Of a DNA stretch of 64,000 nt, positions 12,736 through 27,290 are shown piece by piece. Position numbers and translations under genes: made by a program. This stretch comes from Spirogloea muscicola (lineage: Eukaryota), in the NCBI GenBank assembly GCA_009602725.1, contig WELB01000031.1, positions 21,861 through 85,860 on the forward strand, written 5' to 3'. The stretch's first letter is position 1. Each line of letters opens with the position of its first letter. The notes under the pieces were generated by a model. It was not told the origin of the DNA. It did no database searches and saw only the letters and a program-made list of their open reading frames with translations.

Positions 12736-15700
12736 CTACAGATAGTATTGAGCAGAAGATGACAAGTCCGCGAGAGCCTGTCCACGTAGTAAAGAGTAAG
12801 AATGTCAGCTGCTTCACAATCTCAGCAGCTTCTCATACAAGAACATTGTCAATCATATAACTAACTGATTGAGATGCACTTTGTTCATTTTTGTATGGTG
12901 GATAGGAACTACTTGTCAACACCGCAGATGACAGAAGGTTGCACGCGAGCCGCAGGCAGGGCCAAACCTCCAATTGCTCATTGGTGAAGAGAGTCCTATG
13001 CAAGCTCCACATATCATTGTGCGTGCGTTTGAACTCTCCAATGGTGGATGTGACAGTACTACGAATTGGATTGGGCTCGTGGACAGAGTTCACCATGACC
13101 ATAAGTAAGTCAGGTAACCACCTGCAGGTGGAGGGCGACAATCAATGAGTTTATGAACTTGACGTAAAAGTGTTTAGCAGCTCAAGATGACAGGGTCAAA
13201 AGCGGTGCCTGTGCTGCGTGCCTATTGTACTGCATTTGAAAAGTTGGAAGGGGACAGAGTCTGATACTCAGGAATATCATATGGCATTGAGAGGATGCAG
13301 GCTCTCAGTCCAAGAATAGCTCCGTGATATGCTACCATGGAAGAAGTTGGGGGCTGCTTGGTCCTGCATGTTGGATGGCAATATCTGGTGAGAGAATGAT
13401 GGCATAAGCAAGGTTGCTCATTCAGAGAGCGACTGCATTCATGCAAGAATGAAGACCATGATCTATGCAACATCCATCAGCCCACACTTGACTCGTCCAG
13501 GTCCAAACTGGTAAGACAAACGCCGAAGACATGCATCAGACAAGTGCAACTGCCTGCCTCACCTCGCCCCAGACTTTCTGGAAGCAGTCCGCGCTGTCTG
13601 AGCAGACCTCACGAGCCTCTGTCTTAGTTGCGCTACCCAGTCAGAGTCAGCAACCTTCATGAGCCCCGACAGTGTTGTAGCTGCCAACTCTCTCACCTGA
13701 TTCAGCAGATCAAGAAGAACTCAGGTACGGTCCTTCAATGTGAGAAACGCCAGCATTGCTGGGGCTTATGCAGACTACCAGGCTAGCGGAGGAAGAACTT
13801 GTAGTATCAAGGGATAGTGCAGGTGAGAATTTTGAGTTAGTACATGGTGGGTAACAAAGCAGGGGTGACAACAGTCTGAAGTAAGAGAGGTGACTCATAT
13901 CACGTAAATGTGACTGAGAGATAGGTCTAGATTCATAGATGATGGAATTGATGATAGAAGTAACAGCGGCTTCCCCGAGAATCAGATGCGATGCTAAAAG
14001 AGTAGGCATGCTGTCTTGATCATTCATAGGCAGTGACGCAAGGCAGGCAACTTGCAGGGCAGGACAGTGGCGCATAGTAAGCCAGGCTTACCTCAAGTTG
14101 AACATCTTCTAGAAGCTCCACTACTCGTTCCGCAATGGCAAGTAAATCCGCCTCCGCAAGCAAGAAGCTATGGCTGTCATCATACACAAGGTGGAGGCAG
14201 TCAACACAGGAAGCCCCCTACGAGCAGCATGCAGTGGGCCCGAACTTGCCTACTCTTAATGAATAATCTGGACATTTCTGGGTAGGCATACTAGCATAAA
14301 TCATAACAGCCCTCACTAACGTGAACTGCAGCAACTTGTCTTATTAGCATGCCGTGCAACTCACCGATATGTGAGGGGCTGTATGAACGAGAGGGCTGCA
14401 GCACGAGTGTGCCACAGAGGTGCTGAGGTAGCTGAGAGCAGTACAGAGGTGGCAGTGTGCAGACAAGTGGCTGGCAGGGGCTGGTAGCCTAGGTACGCCA
14501 GCGCCTGCTTCGCCAGTAGAGATAAGTCTGCATCCGATGTTTCCTGCAGGAAGCATCCAGTAGCAGATGTGCAAACGTAGCCACATCAGGTTCGGACCTG
14601 CTAGCTGACATGACCTGCCTACTCCTGTGACTTCCCTGGCTTGCGAGCCTATCGATGGCCAAGTACTGGGGTCAGGAGGATGTAATCATGCCTACTAAGC
14701 TAGAAGCAAGAAGTGGAAGCATAGACAACCATAGCCTACTCACAAACGATAACTCATCATGATGTTTGTAACCCAAGCAAGCCACTCACTTGAGACAGCC
14801 TAGCACGCTTGACCTGTAGGCCCACTGCAACGACCAAGCCCCAAGCAGGTCATATGATACAAGTGACTCTTATGACGAGGCTTACCTGAATGGCCAGGAG
14901 AACAGGGAGAAGGCTTATAAGGGTGTCCACAATGAAGACCGCGTCACCAGATTTCACACTTGCAATCACAAAGTACAACATCTGCACAATCAAGTCATTC
15001 CTGTGAGACCCTCACTACTTTCCTGATTCACAGGCATCACAAGTGGGCCAAGGTCTGACTTACAGTGCAGCTATGCTGTTGCTGACCAATCACGTTAGTA
15101 CTGACCCACAGAGCAGTGCTCTACATTACCCTGGCTTTGACCTCCTTCACTGCATTGAATGGAGCTGGACAGACCACCATACCACATAGCAAGGACACAG
15201 AAGGACCTACGTAATCTGCACCTCTTACCGTTTCCAGCCAGCGGACGGAGTCTTCTGCAGAGTCCACATCCATTACGGAGATGCCAGCTGAGTTCAAGCC
15301 ATTTGCAGCCGTTTGATTGCCCCCAGCATTACTAGCTGGAGACAGCTTCCCACCCGAGGCCTGGACTTTCAGCGCCTCCTCCATCCCCTTGACTGCCAGA
15401 CTAACCATCGCAGGTGCCTGACTTGGAACCTTTTGCTGCTGTATCGAGCGAGCGGCCAACATAGCAATGAGCTGACCAACGCGCTCCCTTATCTGCATCA
15501 AACAGTGCATGGCAGTGAGCTGCTTGTCCACTCTCCAGCAGATCAAGCTGTAGGAATTTCTTGAGAACCTCAATACCTGCTCACAGCTGTACTCAGTGGT
15601 TACACAAGTGCAAGTACTATTACTGTAAACATTTTAGAACTGAATGCTAAAGTTAGTGCTAAACTTCAGTTTAGCAAAAAAGTGATGATTACATTCAGCT

Positions 15701-18700
15701 TTTAGCACTAAGCAGCATTTCAAGATACTACGTGAAAGTCTGAATGGTACATGTGGATCATCATCAGACCAGAGATAGGCTGCTTAATCTTGTTTCAAGA
15801 TGAGTCGATATTTTGATACAAAAAGCTGACCTGCCGAGCTGGAGAGGCCATATTTGCCAGAAGCTCATTCAGGAGGGTGCTGTGTGCAGACAGCTCATTG
15901 TCACTCTGCAAGCTAGTCACAGGAGGAAGTTCCACAAACAAGGTCCCAACGAGCTGCAACCTCTTCGCAAGCTGCCCTGAAGCTGATGTGTTGGAATATG
16001 GCTTCATGAGAGTGACCAAGAGGGACTCTGTCAGCTCGCTCAGAGAAGGTGAAGTGTGTGGACTTGAAACCCGTGTAGCTGCAAAGCGAATGCATGCCAC
16101 CCACTCCGGGAGGCTCTCCACCGTACACTGCCAAAGTGCAGTCTCTAGAAGGGGCCTTATCCACGCTGACCATACAGCAGATGTAGTGGGCGTGCCTGCA
16201 TGAAGTACTCCAGCAATTGCTTCTGCAGCCACACACTGTCAAGAAACAAAGTCTTATTTAGAGACGAACAGGTATCAAGCAGGCATACAGCACTGCCTTT
16301 CAGCGCCACTCAGATGTATATGCCATGCGCAGGCCCTCAAATTGCCTGCATGTGTTACCTGTAGGCCTTTGTCTCCAACAGTAGCTACAGCATCCTCAAT
16401 GGGCTTCTGAAGTGCGTTGACTGCACTGGTGCCACCACGAGCAACAAGTCGCTCAAACAGGAAAGCATTGGCTGCAGAAAACCCATGGCCTCTGCTTGTA
16501 TGCGCCCACTCCTTGGTCACTGGCCAATCTGGAATTGGTGCCATCGAACTGAACACTCGACCCAAAGCAACAGAGCTATCCATTTGGCCAGGGCGCCCTG
16601 CCATGCCCTTCATAAGACGTCCAATCCCATCTTCCGCGTCTAGATAGTGATCGATTGCCATACAGCTTACCAGGGCTTGCGCATATGCTGGCTCTGCCAT
16701 GGCCTCTCCCACAGCTGAACCCACTTGTGTAGTGGTCATATCAGCTCCATTGATACTAACATTTGTGGCTTCCTCAGCAACCTGCTGCGCTTGTCCCTTG
16801 TTGCCTTCTTTCACGTCAAGGAGCAGCCCAAGGAGAGCGGCAATCGAAACCCGCCGAAGAGGTGGTAGGTCACTGACAATGGTCTTGAGGAAATGGCCTG
16901 CAAGGTGAAAAATGCAAGGTCCTTACATACAGCTCTCGTGATTATGACGTGTTTACCAGATATACAGCAATAGCAACACATTCAATGTGCTAAGAGTGAT
17001 AGTGGAGATTTGAAAGACGCACCAACATATTGCGATAGACCTGAGGATAATAGCAGTAGAAAGGCACTAGCCATGACTGAATATCTGCACAAGCACATAA
17101 TGACTGCCTGTATTGGTTGGTGATAGTTTGCTGCTGTTACTGCTCTACTCAAGCAGACCTGCCATGGGTCAAGTACATTCAACCGGCACGAACTACATAT
17201 TGCAAAGCTGCTGACTGTAGCACAATCAGCCTCTGATATAGCATAAATTTACACCCGTTTTGCCTGGCGTGGGATGTCATGGATTGCCTGAACTAGAAGA
17301 GCTTGCACTTACCTCCAATGTATGTCACGCACACTGCCGGTGGAGAGATTGGTCAATTGTTGCAGTATCTTACTCATCTCTGGGGCACCGCTTTTGCTCG
17401 CTTGATATGTGTTGTTAGGTACTCCAGCAAATCGTAATGCAAAGTAGAAGAAAGCCTACACAAATGTGGGACACATAAGCAACTTGCACCATGTCAAAGA
17501 TGAAGTTGCTGAACATTGTACATGATAAGGCAGGAACATAAAGTGAGGAGCGACCCTTTGCATGTCACCTCTCCAATGGCAGCCTGAGCTTTTGGCGTCT
17601 CATGATGACCACTGCACAAAAAAAGCCGGCAAAAGTGAGTACTTGACTTGAAGACTAGGTAGGTGCTTCAACGTTGCAAAATGAGGGTGGATTTATGACC
17701 AAGACTCAAGTATTACCTGCTCATGATTGCCTCAATAAAGACAACCATTGCTTGCCAGTCCTGCCAAAAGAATATCGTGCACTGTAAAGTGTCCTTCACA
17801 GCAGATTATTGTCTGAATGTGACAAGCTTGCTCATTGCATGACTAAGTCAAACACGAACCGCTGGCAACCTTGACCATATCTTGCTCCCGAACAACATAA
17901 AGAATCATACATACTCCAGAAAAGTGCTGTGCCTTGTCCTCTGACATGCCAAAGAGAGATCCTACCAAATGCTGACATATGTCGTCATAAGCATATGCAA
18001 GATTGATTTCTCTGGACCTTAAATAGCATATGCTCAAGACTCGAGACGTGCACAGGAATCTGCATGAACCTGCGAAACCTTGCGCATGACTGGCCTAGTG
18101 ACCAGCAAAGCACAAGCGCCCTGAGCAGCCTCATCAGAAGATATTGGGTCCATAAGCGCCTTGCTGATGCCCGTGATGACAATGTCATTGATGGGCGGGA
18201 ACCTCTTTATGAGTGACTCCAGCGATGCCTTTGCTGACCTGAAAGAAGCCAGAAAAGTTAGGCACTGGAGCACAAGGCATTAAAGCAACTGGATGCCATT
18301 GGTGAAGTAGCAAACCAGGCATGGCAGATCTATCACAAACCATTGAGGGCCTCATTCTAAAGTCGAGGAACCCCACTGAGCTTACACGCGGACGGCTTTG
18401 TAGGGGTGCAGGGAGAGCTCAAGCAGATCCTGCGCAATGACCCGCACACCAGAGGCCATTGGTGGTGAAGCTCCACTAGCACGTAGCAGGCGGTACCCAG
18501 CCTGGCTTGCACGCCACTTCAAATGCAAGTATGCTTTCTCATGTACTAGCCATTGAGGTCTGCAGTACATATGCAGAAAATATTACTATTGGAATTACCA
18601 GACTGCTCATGAGCTTAGCATGCCGAACCTAAGGAGCTTGTAGAATACAAGCAAGACCTGACTGCCTTCAATTTTGCCCTTATTCGCCAATACCTTTCAA

Positions 18701-21700
18701 GCTCTAAGAATAGGACAGTGGAAGTCTATTAGTAGCTCACTCCCACGGGACCTGTGATACATTGATGCCTTGAGCTGACTGTTACCATGAGCAAAAGCCA
18801 GAGGACAACAATAGTGGTATGTACCTTCGTCGACTATATCCATTAGAATGGCTGATATTGCTGGCCCGTGGCTCTGTCAGAGAACGACTGTCATGAATCC
18901 ATGAATTTTTGTCAAGAGACCACTCCATATACTCCAAGGACTCTGCACGGACATTGCAAGAAGCACAAGGTCAGGTCACAGCAGTAGCAGCACTGCTTTG
19001 TCATACCAAACATTTCATCAATACTTTCACAAACTTACAAATCTACAGCAACTCCCAAATTACAACTGTAATTTGTAATTGATGTAATTTGTAATTTGTA
19101 ATTACAACGCCACAGTGTGATAAGAATGTATCTCATCCGACAAGCTAAGCAAACATCAAGCAGCAGGGAAGGCATGAGACAGAAATGCTGCTGCTACTGA
19201 GAGCCATCACTTCGTAGGCTGCATATCAAGAAGCTCATCAAGAGACTGCAAAGCCATCATTGCGTGTATTAACTGATATTGACTAGGGCATCCATGTTGC
19301 TTATGAGCAGGTTGAGGTTGACAGCGTCATCACTTCTCTTATCCAAGAAATGCCTGCATAAGAAGCCACCATGGTGTACTCGCTGTCTGTCATGTGTGGT
19401 TGACATAAGACACACTATTGATTTCACCTGACAATGAAGCTTTGCCCGGCAAGCTGCCCTCTTCTACCAGACAGTACCCAGCGAATTACTATTTGCGGTG
19501 TCAACCTGTACCAAAAGTCTATGTCATGTAGCTGCCAGCTTCTGGCTCTTAGTACGCAAACAATACATGCTGAACATGCTGAAAAAGCTTCAAGCTTGAT
19601 GGAAGGGCAACCATCTTGGAGGAAAGATCATACTTGCATGCTTGATGTAAGATCTCTACAACGTCCCTCCTTATTGCTGCTGAACCCACACTTGGGCCAG
19701 ATGATCCAACGATGGTCAATGCCTCCTCATTTGATACCTGTGACGTGCTAACAGCTGCAGTTTCTGTGGCCGCATGAGCACCACCTTCAGCTACAAGTTC
19801 TGGAAGACACGAGCGCACGCCCCGCAGACAGGAGTCAAGGCGTAATAAGGTGGTCCTCCAAGCATCCTTTTCCAAGCCTGACAATAGCAGGTGAAGGTGC
19901 AACCATGTCAAATTGACATGCAGAGGTTGCATCTCCGAGATGAGTGTCCACAGACCCTGCACTGTAGGTCTTGGATCTTGGACCAGATTACTGACACAGA
20001 GCAGTAAGACGAGCTCAATCAGAAACACCAGATAAGGTCTCAGTCTGAAGCACCAGGTGCCAAGGAGGCAAAGCTGAGGACATGCTACAAATGCAAGGTG
20101 CATACTGATTTGGCCATTGAACGGGCTTGTCTTCAGAAGAACTCCAATATCAGCCATAGCCCCACTCAGATGTCTACTGAGCAGTTCACTAGCAAACTCC
20201 AACTCCTCCTTGCAGGCAATGTGCCAATTGGGCACCTCCCAGAGGCTCGTCATCACTCCATCCGCAAAATTGTGTTGAGCTTTATCTGCCAACTTGCTAC
20301 TAGAGTGATCATTCTGATTGCCCACATTCGAGTAATCTTTCGAACCAAACCACACCTCCACTCCATCTGTGTCTGGAAGTGGAGGCGCACTCCTGCAAAA
20401 TATCGGCATCGGCAGATCCAGGCGCAATTAGCTTATTCTTAAAATTCACAATATGAACAATTTCAGGAACCATCTCATGAACCACTCAGCTTTTCTACAT
20501 CTCGCACCTATACCCGTGCTCGTCATAATAGAGAACAAGTGTGCTCAAAATGGAACTCAGAACACCACCCGCGGCTTCTATGATCTGTGAATCAGTGACA
20601 CACACAGACATAAGAGAAGCAAGACGTAAGAAGAGCACGATACTGAAGCGAGGCAGTGAGCAACTTCAGAAGGGCACGGGCACATACAGCTGTCCTTGTT
20701 TCTCCATATGACATATTCAAGTGCATGAAGATTTAGAAGCAGGGGCTAACTCCTGGGTTGATACCTTAGGTGCAGGAGCATCCAGTCCTGCATTCAGGAC
20801 TTCAACAATCTGTCCTTTGTACGGCAGCCAGGCTTTCCCACCAAAAACAACACATGCTCCTAACAAGCTGAAGTGGTAGTATACAGCTGACACTAACGAG
20901 GGTGATAGTGATATATCCTGCAGTGCAGACAGGTCCTCATGCTTTAGGGTGCATGCAGAGCTGCTCTGCAAGCAAGAGCTGCAGATTAATCAACCTAGCA
21001 ATCACTTGTTCTGCTTCATGAAGACATAGAGTCTTCAGCGAGCACAAAGAGCCTGTGGGTGGCTGCCAAAATTCAACGCTGACCTGATTGGCAGAGAAGT
21101 TGCCATGAATTGAGCTCAAATCACTTCGACCTGTCTTTGGAACCCCCTCCAACTCCAGCTGTATTATGTCCATCAAAGGTTTTGCTACCTCCAATGCAGC
21201 CTCAGCAGCATTTGCATAAAGAAGAGAAGTACAAAGGACTCCTATCTCTGCAACGGCTCCCAAGTGAATGTTGGTCCTCACATACTTGGAGATCTTCTTC
21301 AGTGCCTGTGCATTGACAGCAGCGCACACAGCAGAAGCAGGAGGTGGAGTATCAACTGCTGCTAATATTGAAAAGCATCACACAAGCCACAATGACTTCT
21401 TTGACTTAGCACACCAATATAGAGAAGCTTGTGGCCTACTAAGAACCTGATGGAAAAGGCTAGGGGAAAGACGGCTGAAGAGGAGTCCCAGTGTAGATCT
21501 ATAAGGGGAGCTTGACTGCATCAGGAATCCTTTTGAGGTCCCCCCGTCATTAGCATACATGTCATTGTCCCCACTGCCATAAGAACGAGAAACAACACAA
21601 AAACTGAGTGCCAACAGGTTGTTTCTGTTTTTCCCCTTCAGCCTGACCTCATCCACTTGATTATAGATAACTTGCTCAGCATAACTTGATTACAAGATAA

Positions 21701-24700
21701 CTTGCTCAGCATAACTTGATTACAAGATAACTTGCTCAGCATAACAAGACATCGACCTGAGACCAGCAACCACTTGCAGGTTGTAGAGAGAAGGAGTAGT
21801 ACCTTGACAGGAAAACATTGTTTGGATCTTCAAGATGAGAGAGCATACTAAGCACATGGGACAGGAATTCTTCCAGCCACTGAGACCAATCCACAGGAAT
21901 GACTGTATGATCCTCTGCAATCTCACCAATCTGCTCAGCAAACTTTTACGTTCAGCAAGTCTGACACAGCCTCCACCATATGCACACAACCCAGTTGCTG
22001 AGTTGAACTTATCCTGCATACAACATGATACAGATCCTCCAGTTGCAAAAACAACATGCCTTATACGGGAAACATGCTGTGACATGCACAACACCCATGC
22101 TGGGTGAGGGGAAATAGAAAGAGTTGGAAGGTCTACATTGGAAAACACTGCCTCAAAGAAACGCAATGTGGCAAGCGTTTTGGGAGGATCGTTTGCATCT
22201 ATCCCTGGAATTGTTGCATACATGGCATCCGCTAGTGCTTCTCTACTTGCAGCCACCACAGCATTTGTCTGTTCTTGGTCCCCTGAGCTGATGTGTTGAG
22301 AGGTAGAGGAGAATATCAAAAGACTTCTGGTGCAGAGGCCCAATGTGGTAACTGCACCTTCCAATTGATGTGTTGCTGTTACCTGCAAGCAATGGCAAGA
22401 GATGGAGCATGCTGAATATGAGGAACTCACGACAGTCCTTCTAAGTCAAGGCTTAAAAGAAGCACAACACTGGATAGTAATGTCACAAGATTTCAAAACG
22501 GGCCTTGTAAATGTAATGTAGAGTTAACCATCCTTACACGGTCCAATGCTTTCAGATGTCAATGCGACACCGCAAGCTCAACCATTCAACTTGCAGAGCT
22601 GTCCAGAACAAGGAAGTGTATCGTACTGTTTCAAGAGCTTGGCGGAAGCTGGTGAGCACTGAGGGGACCACAGAAGCAGGTGCTACATATGACAGCCCGG
22701 CCGCTACACTGGCAGCAACCCCTGCCAAAGTGCCGCTCTTGCTGAATTGTGCTCTGTCCACCAACCGCATGACACAAACAACAAACCTTCCCTGTTCTGC
22801 TTGCTCAAGTGGCTTTCTAAATCCATTCGTCTCTGTCCATTCTCCTCTGGAATTGGTCAGGCATGACACGTCTCAGTGGAATAAGATACAGATTCAGGCT
22901 ATCACGTCCAGGCAACTAAGATGGACAGTTGACCTCTCCAGGAGCAATATGTCATGCTTTTGTTGAGTAATTTACAACAATCAGGGAGTGACTGCAATAT
23001 AAGGAAAGACTGACCCAAAAAAGCTTATCACAACACTCACTGGGTACAGGCTACATAATCTCTAAGTACCTTTTCTCGTAGGCAAGTCGCTTGAGAAAAT
23101 AGAAGGTAAGGTTACGGAGGAACTGCTCTAAGCTTTGAGTCCAGCCGCCCCCATTGGAAGGATGTAGGTATTGTTCTAAGATCTCGACCAACTTCTCAAA
23201 TTGACTGAAAGAATGCGGTAATAGAAGGGTGCAGATCTTGGCAATTGGCTTGGTCATATCCATGCCACCCCAACTCTGTTACCATCAAATCTCACAGTCA
23301 TATTAGCATCTATTGATCTGAAGGTCAAAAGAGCCCCTGCAAGAGCCTACGCAGGCAACCATAGTAAGCACAAGTGTCCTGTCAACAGAGTAAGCCGGAA
23401 CCAACGGCCGCAAGCTAATGCACTGCCATCCTCAACACTACACATTCCTTCGTAGTTTTAATGTCAAACACATGTGGCAAAATACTTCTAGGTGAGGAAC
23501 TTTGACAGCACCTAGACTATTTGTAAGGTGGCTGCAGCTTACATTTGAGAAAGCTTGAACACAGGAAGCTGGAGCAGACCTGCTCACAGGTGATGTACCC
23601 ATAGACTTGCCAACGGGCAAGTGAAAGAAGGACAAGAATTTGGTAAAAAGAACAGGCAGATAGGCCACCCATTCAGCACTGTCATCTTCACGTGTACGAT
23701 GACTGTAAGTAGAGCCAGTTGACAAGGCTAGACTGCTGACTGGCAAGTGCTTGACACATCTTGCAAACAGCGTGATCCACTGCTGATCCCAGTACGTGCA
23801 ATGAGGTATGCAAGACCAGAGTGCCAGCCACTCGTCAAGCCACAGACTGCATACAAAAGAAACGTGGCTGAGCGTTAAACTCAACCATCGCATGCTGCAG
23901 TCATTGAACAGAGTTTGTGAGGTAGCAGAAGCTTTGTGCTCCTGTTAGCTACCAGCAAACTTTTGTATACTTGCCCACCTGACTTGGGGACAAGAAGGAC
24001 TACAAGCATAGCATATCCTCTTACCTGACATGCCTAGTAGATGGATTCGTACATTGTCTACACACAATCTCAGGCATCTCAAGTACACAACCTAGACTCA
24101 GAGGATGTGCCACCCAATGTCTGTAGCATACCTCCAAGTGTCATTTGCTCCAAAGGGGGGCAGACATGGCATGAAGAGTGATAGCAGGCCTGCCGCTTCC
24201 AGAGAAACATTGTCCGAGAGGTCTGTGAACGATGGCCTGTCAACAAGGAAGAAAGAGGGACACTTCGGCTGCCCTGAGCAGGCATACTGCACTTTACAGC
24301 TGTCGGCAGCAAGCATTGCACCTCACGTCTCAACTGGCCAATCCACCGCAGGCATGCTTAAGGGCCTTGCAATGTAGTCTGAGCCTGGTGCCTTGATTTA
24401 TACTACAAATCTCACACACATGTGATCAACTTCGCAACTTCCCAGCTTGCAGCAAACAGCACTACCTATCTAGCAAGGCGTACCTTAAAAGGCTCCAGAT
24501 TTGTGCAGCTGACCCCGGTGGGAAGTACCTACGGGCTCGACGAATGAGGTTGAATAATGCACCCAAGTGAACCTGCTGCAGTGCAGCACCCCTCACACTT
24601 CGCTGCCTGTGTGAGGGCCGTCATTCGCAGTTAAGCAGAAGCATCCACCAAGCAAGAATGTCATGCAGATTCAGGCCGTATTGGCCAGTGCTGGAAGACA

Positions 24701-25944
24701 TGACCATCGAGCAACTTGCTAATCAATGGGTTCCACTAAAGCACCAGGTTGTACTTAGGAGGTTTGCCTATCTCCGCCAAACAGCAGCCCACCTCACCAC
24801 ACCTGGAAAGGCTGGGAAAGGTTGATCATCGATCAGATCGAGGCTGAAGCAGAAGAGAAGATGCTTCTGACCTGCTCAAATGGTTGTTTACGAAGGCCTC
24901 ATACAAAGGCCGCCAGGGCACTGCAATCTCCAGAGTCTTCCGGTACTTACGTAGGACCTTGGCCACAACATTTGACCAACGAATCTGTCTTGCAGCAGGC
25001 ATAGATGCTATTAGACATCAATACTGTCTAACAGCCCCACAGCTCTTCCTCTGTCAATTGCACGACATGCAGAAGATAACGTTGCTACACAATCATAGTT
25101 GGCAGCAAGAGCAGACATTGCAATGCTGCTGTTTGAGAAACTTTTCATGTGACACGTCAAACAGCTATTGAACATGTGAACAGCTTGCGGTGGTGATCCA
25201 CACTGAGATACTTAAGCATCCATTTGCAAGCCAAGAATCATCAGCAGGCATGACAGCTTCTTGTTGCTTGGTATGAATGAGGCCCTCAGGTACTTGACTT
25301 GACATACATTGCCTTAGGAGGTCTATGTCCTTTTTCAGATGCAAGTAATTACCTGTGTGAAAAGGTCATCCTTCTGTTGCAATATTATTGCAAGAGCTGC
25401 TGTAGCCAGGCGTTTGACGTCCTCAATTGCCAGCTCGCTCTTGCAGTCAAGAAAACTGGATGGAGGCCGCAAAGAGAGCAGATAGTGAGCAGACCATGTC
25501 CCTCAAGCAGCCTGCTCTGACCAACTTGACTGACTACCTAGACATCGCTGGAGCTCGGGCCTGCCAGACTCGCAGACCCTGCCTTTAAGTTTTGATACGA
25601 AGTTTCGCAGAAGAAACCCCTCTTGTTAAGCTAAACAAAGGCATGCAGCAATGCTTTGCCTTGGTTGCCAAGGCAGGCAAAGCAAAATATTCTTGCAGTA
25701 ATGTGATAGCTGATGCTGAGAAAGTGATGTATACATCATTGACCAGGCACAATAAGCATAAATTGGAGATACTTGGCCGTCAGCTTCACCTATTGGCAAC
25801 AGAGACCCATCTCAGTGTTTCTCTAGCTTTGCCTATCCGCAAAGCTTCCTCAATGGCATCAACAACCGCAGAAAACCGCCGTAGCTCAACTTGTGCCGCC
25901 TCAGCAGAAAGATCACCAGGCAGCCACAGATTGTACAAATGCAT
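12736..25944 (-). CDS. PA200: Proteasome activator subunit 4 (PA200/Blm10), large multi-exon gene
   Basis: Starts MHLYNLWLP at 25944. Conserved exons EQYLHPSNGGGWT, LDRAQFSK, PGIDANDPPKT, LELSLHPYKAVR, AAEAIAGVLH and WLPD...EFKRTHNDMW. Last exon ALADLSSSAQYYL* has an HbYX-type end, with TAG at 12738-12736. Confidence 0.95.
19056..19107. repeat. Intronic AT-rich TGTAATT/AATTACA direct and inverted microrepeat
   Basis: aattacaactgtaatttgtaattgatgtaatttgtaatttgtaattacaac inside a PA200 intron. Confidence 0.65.
21655..21745. repeat. 30-bp tandem repeat, about 3 copies, in a PA200 intron
   Basis: Unit AGATAACTTGCTCAGCATAACTTGATTACA at 21665 and 21695, partial at 21725. Confidence 0.92.
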
Positions 25945-26669
25945 CCTGCTCAATTTGAGTTCTGACCACGTTATCAGACTGCAATCAGCTGGATGGACTC
26001 CTGCAACGGCTGACCACCAATTGCTTGCACATGCACCAGGGGCGATCAACTCCTGTCCAGGTTGACGACTAGCTCTGAAAGCGAGGAATCGGTGCAATTC
26101 ATATGAAATTCTCAGTGTTGCGCTTCATCGCAGTCGGACAGTGCTTCTCAGATGAACCAGACAGATCAATTCGCGGCAGTCCGAGCGCTGAGGGTGCGCA
26201 CAACGCAGGCCAGCAATTTCACTTATATCAGCGTTGCAGGGCGTGCGCAGCTGAGCCGCAGGAGCCACAACAAGAGGGAAAAGTCGGCAACGCACGCCTC
26301 TGCGGTGCTGGCTGGCGTGAAGCGCTGGCTTGCCGCCCCCGAGGCCGCCGCAGACGAGGCAAGGCGGCCCTGCCGAGAGCCTGCTGGAAGAAGTGAGCTC
26401 TGCCAAAGGTCCGTGAGTCACAAGCGACGTGAAGCGGCGTCTCCGGGAGGACGTGACGAGGCGAGGTCCGCGCGGCTGGCCAAGGAGCTTCGAGAAAGGC
26501 AGAGCTGGCTGCCGTGCTGAGGGGGAAGGAGGTGGGGAGCACAGTGGCTTGGGCAGCCGTTGATGACGGCTACGGGGCGGCAGCAGGGAGAGGGTGGGGA
26601 AGCGCCGAGGTGGTGGGGGGCGAGACGAGGCCCTGAGATGGCGACTCGAGACGGCGTCCGTCGGTCAGA

Positions 26670-27290
26670 AGGGAACTTTGCCAAACGGGGGCGATGGCTG
26701 TGAGAAGCTCGTTCAAAGAAAACGTGTGTATCAAGAGATGGGGAGGCCATGTGTGGCTAAGTACGAAGGCAAGCACATTGACAAATGTACGTAACCTGCT
26801 GCTAAGCTGACCCGCTCAGTAACCATGAGTCAGCACATAGAGGTCGCTAACTGATGCTCGAATACTGGACGGCAATTGACAGGCTCTTGAACTACCAGCC
26901 AAGGCTCGACCAGCTTTCTGATGCAACGCATGAGCCTGAGCAAAGAGGGCGAGGGCTGTAATGAAGAAGTAAAGGCGCTTCCAGTAGAAGAAGAAAGTGC
27001 TCGCCCATTGAGATTCCAGTAGAGGGCTGTGGCTGTGAGAGGCCAGCCCAGAAAAAAGGAATCAACAAAGTTCGAATGGACCAGAGATGGCTCTAAAACA
27101 CATTGAATCGAGTTGCCACGAAGCACTCAGTAACCTCTGTTGAGCAGCTGCAGGTCGGAGAAACTGGTCTCCGGGTAGCGGATCCCCTCGCCAGAGCCAG
27201 AGGCTGAAAAGAAGTGGCTCTCCCAATGGAGGCAAGGGCTGTGAAAAGCCAACCCGAAAAGCCTGGTCAATGCATGTGCATAGACCAGGA
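26670..27290 (-). mobile_element. Head-to-tail stack of CRE-like 3' ends
   Basis: 26690-26975 matches 31100-31330. 26987-27205 reads ETSFSDLQLLNRGY* and carries the terminal motif with a (TTC)n tail. A further terminus lies at 27205-27262. Confidence 0.82.
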
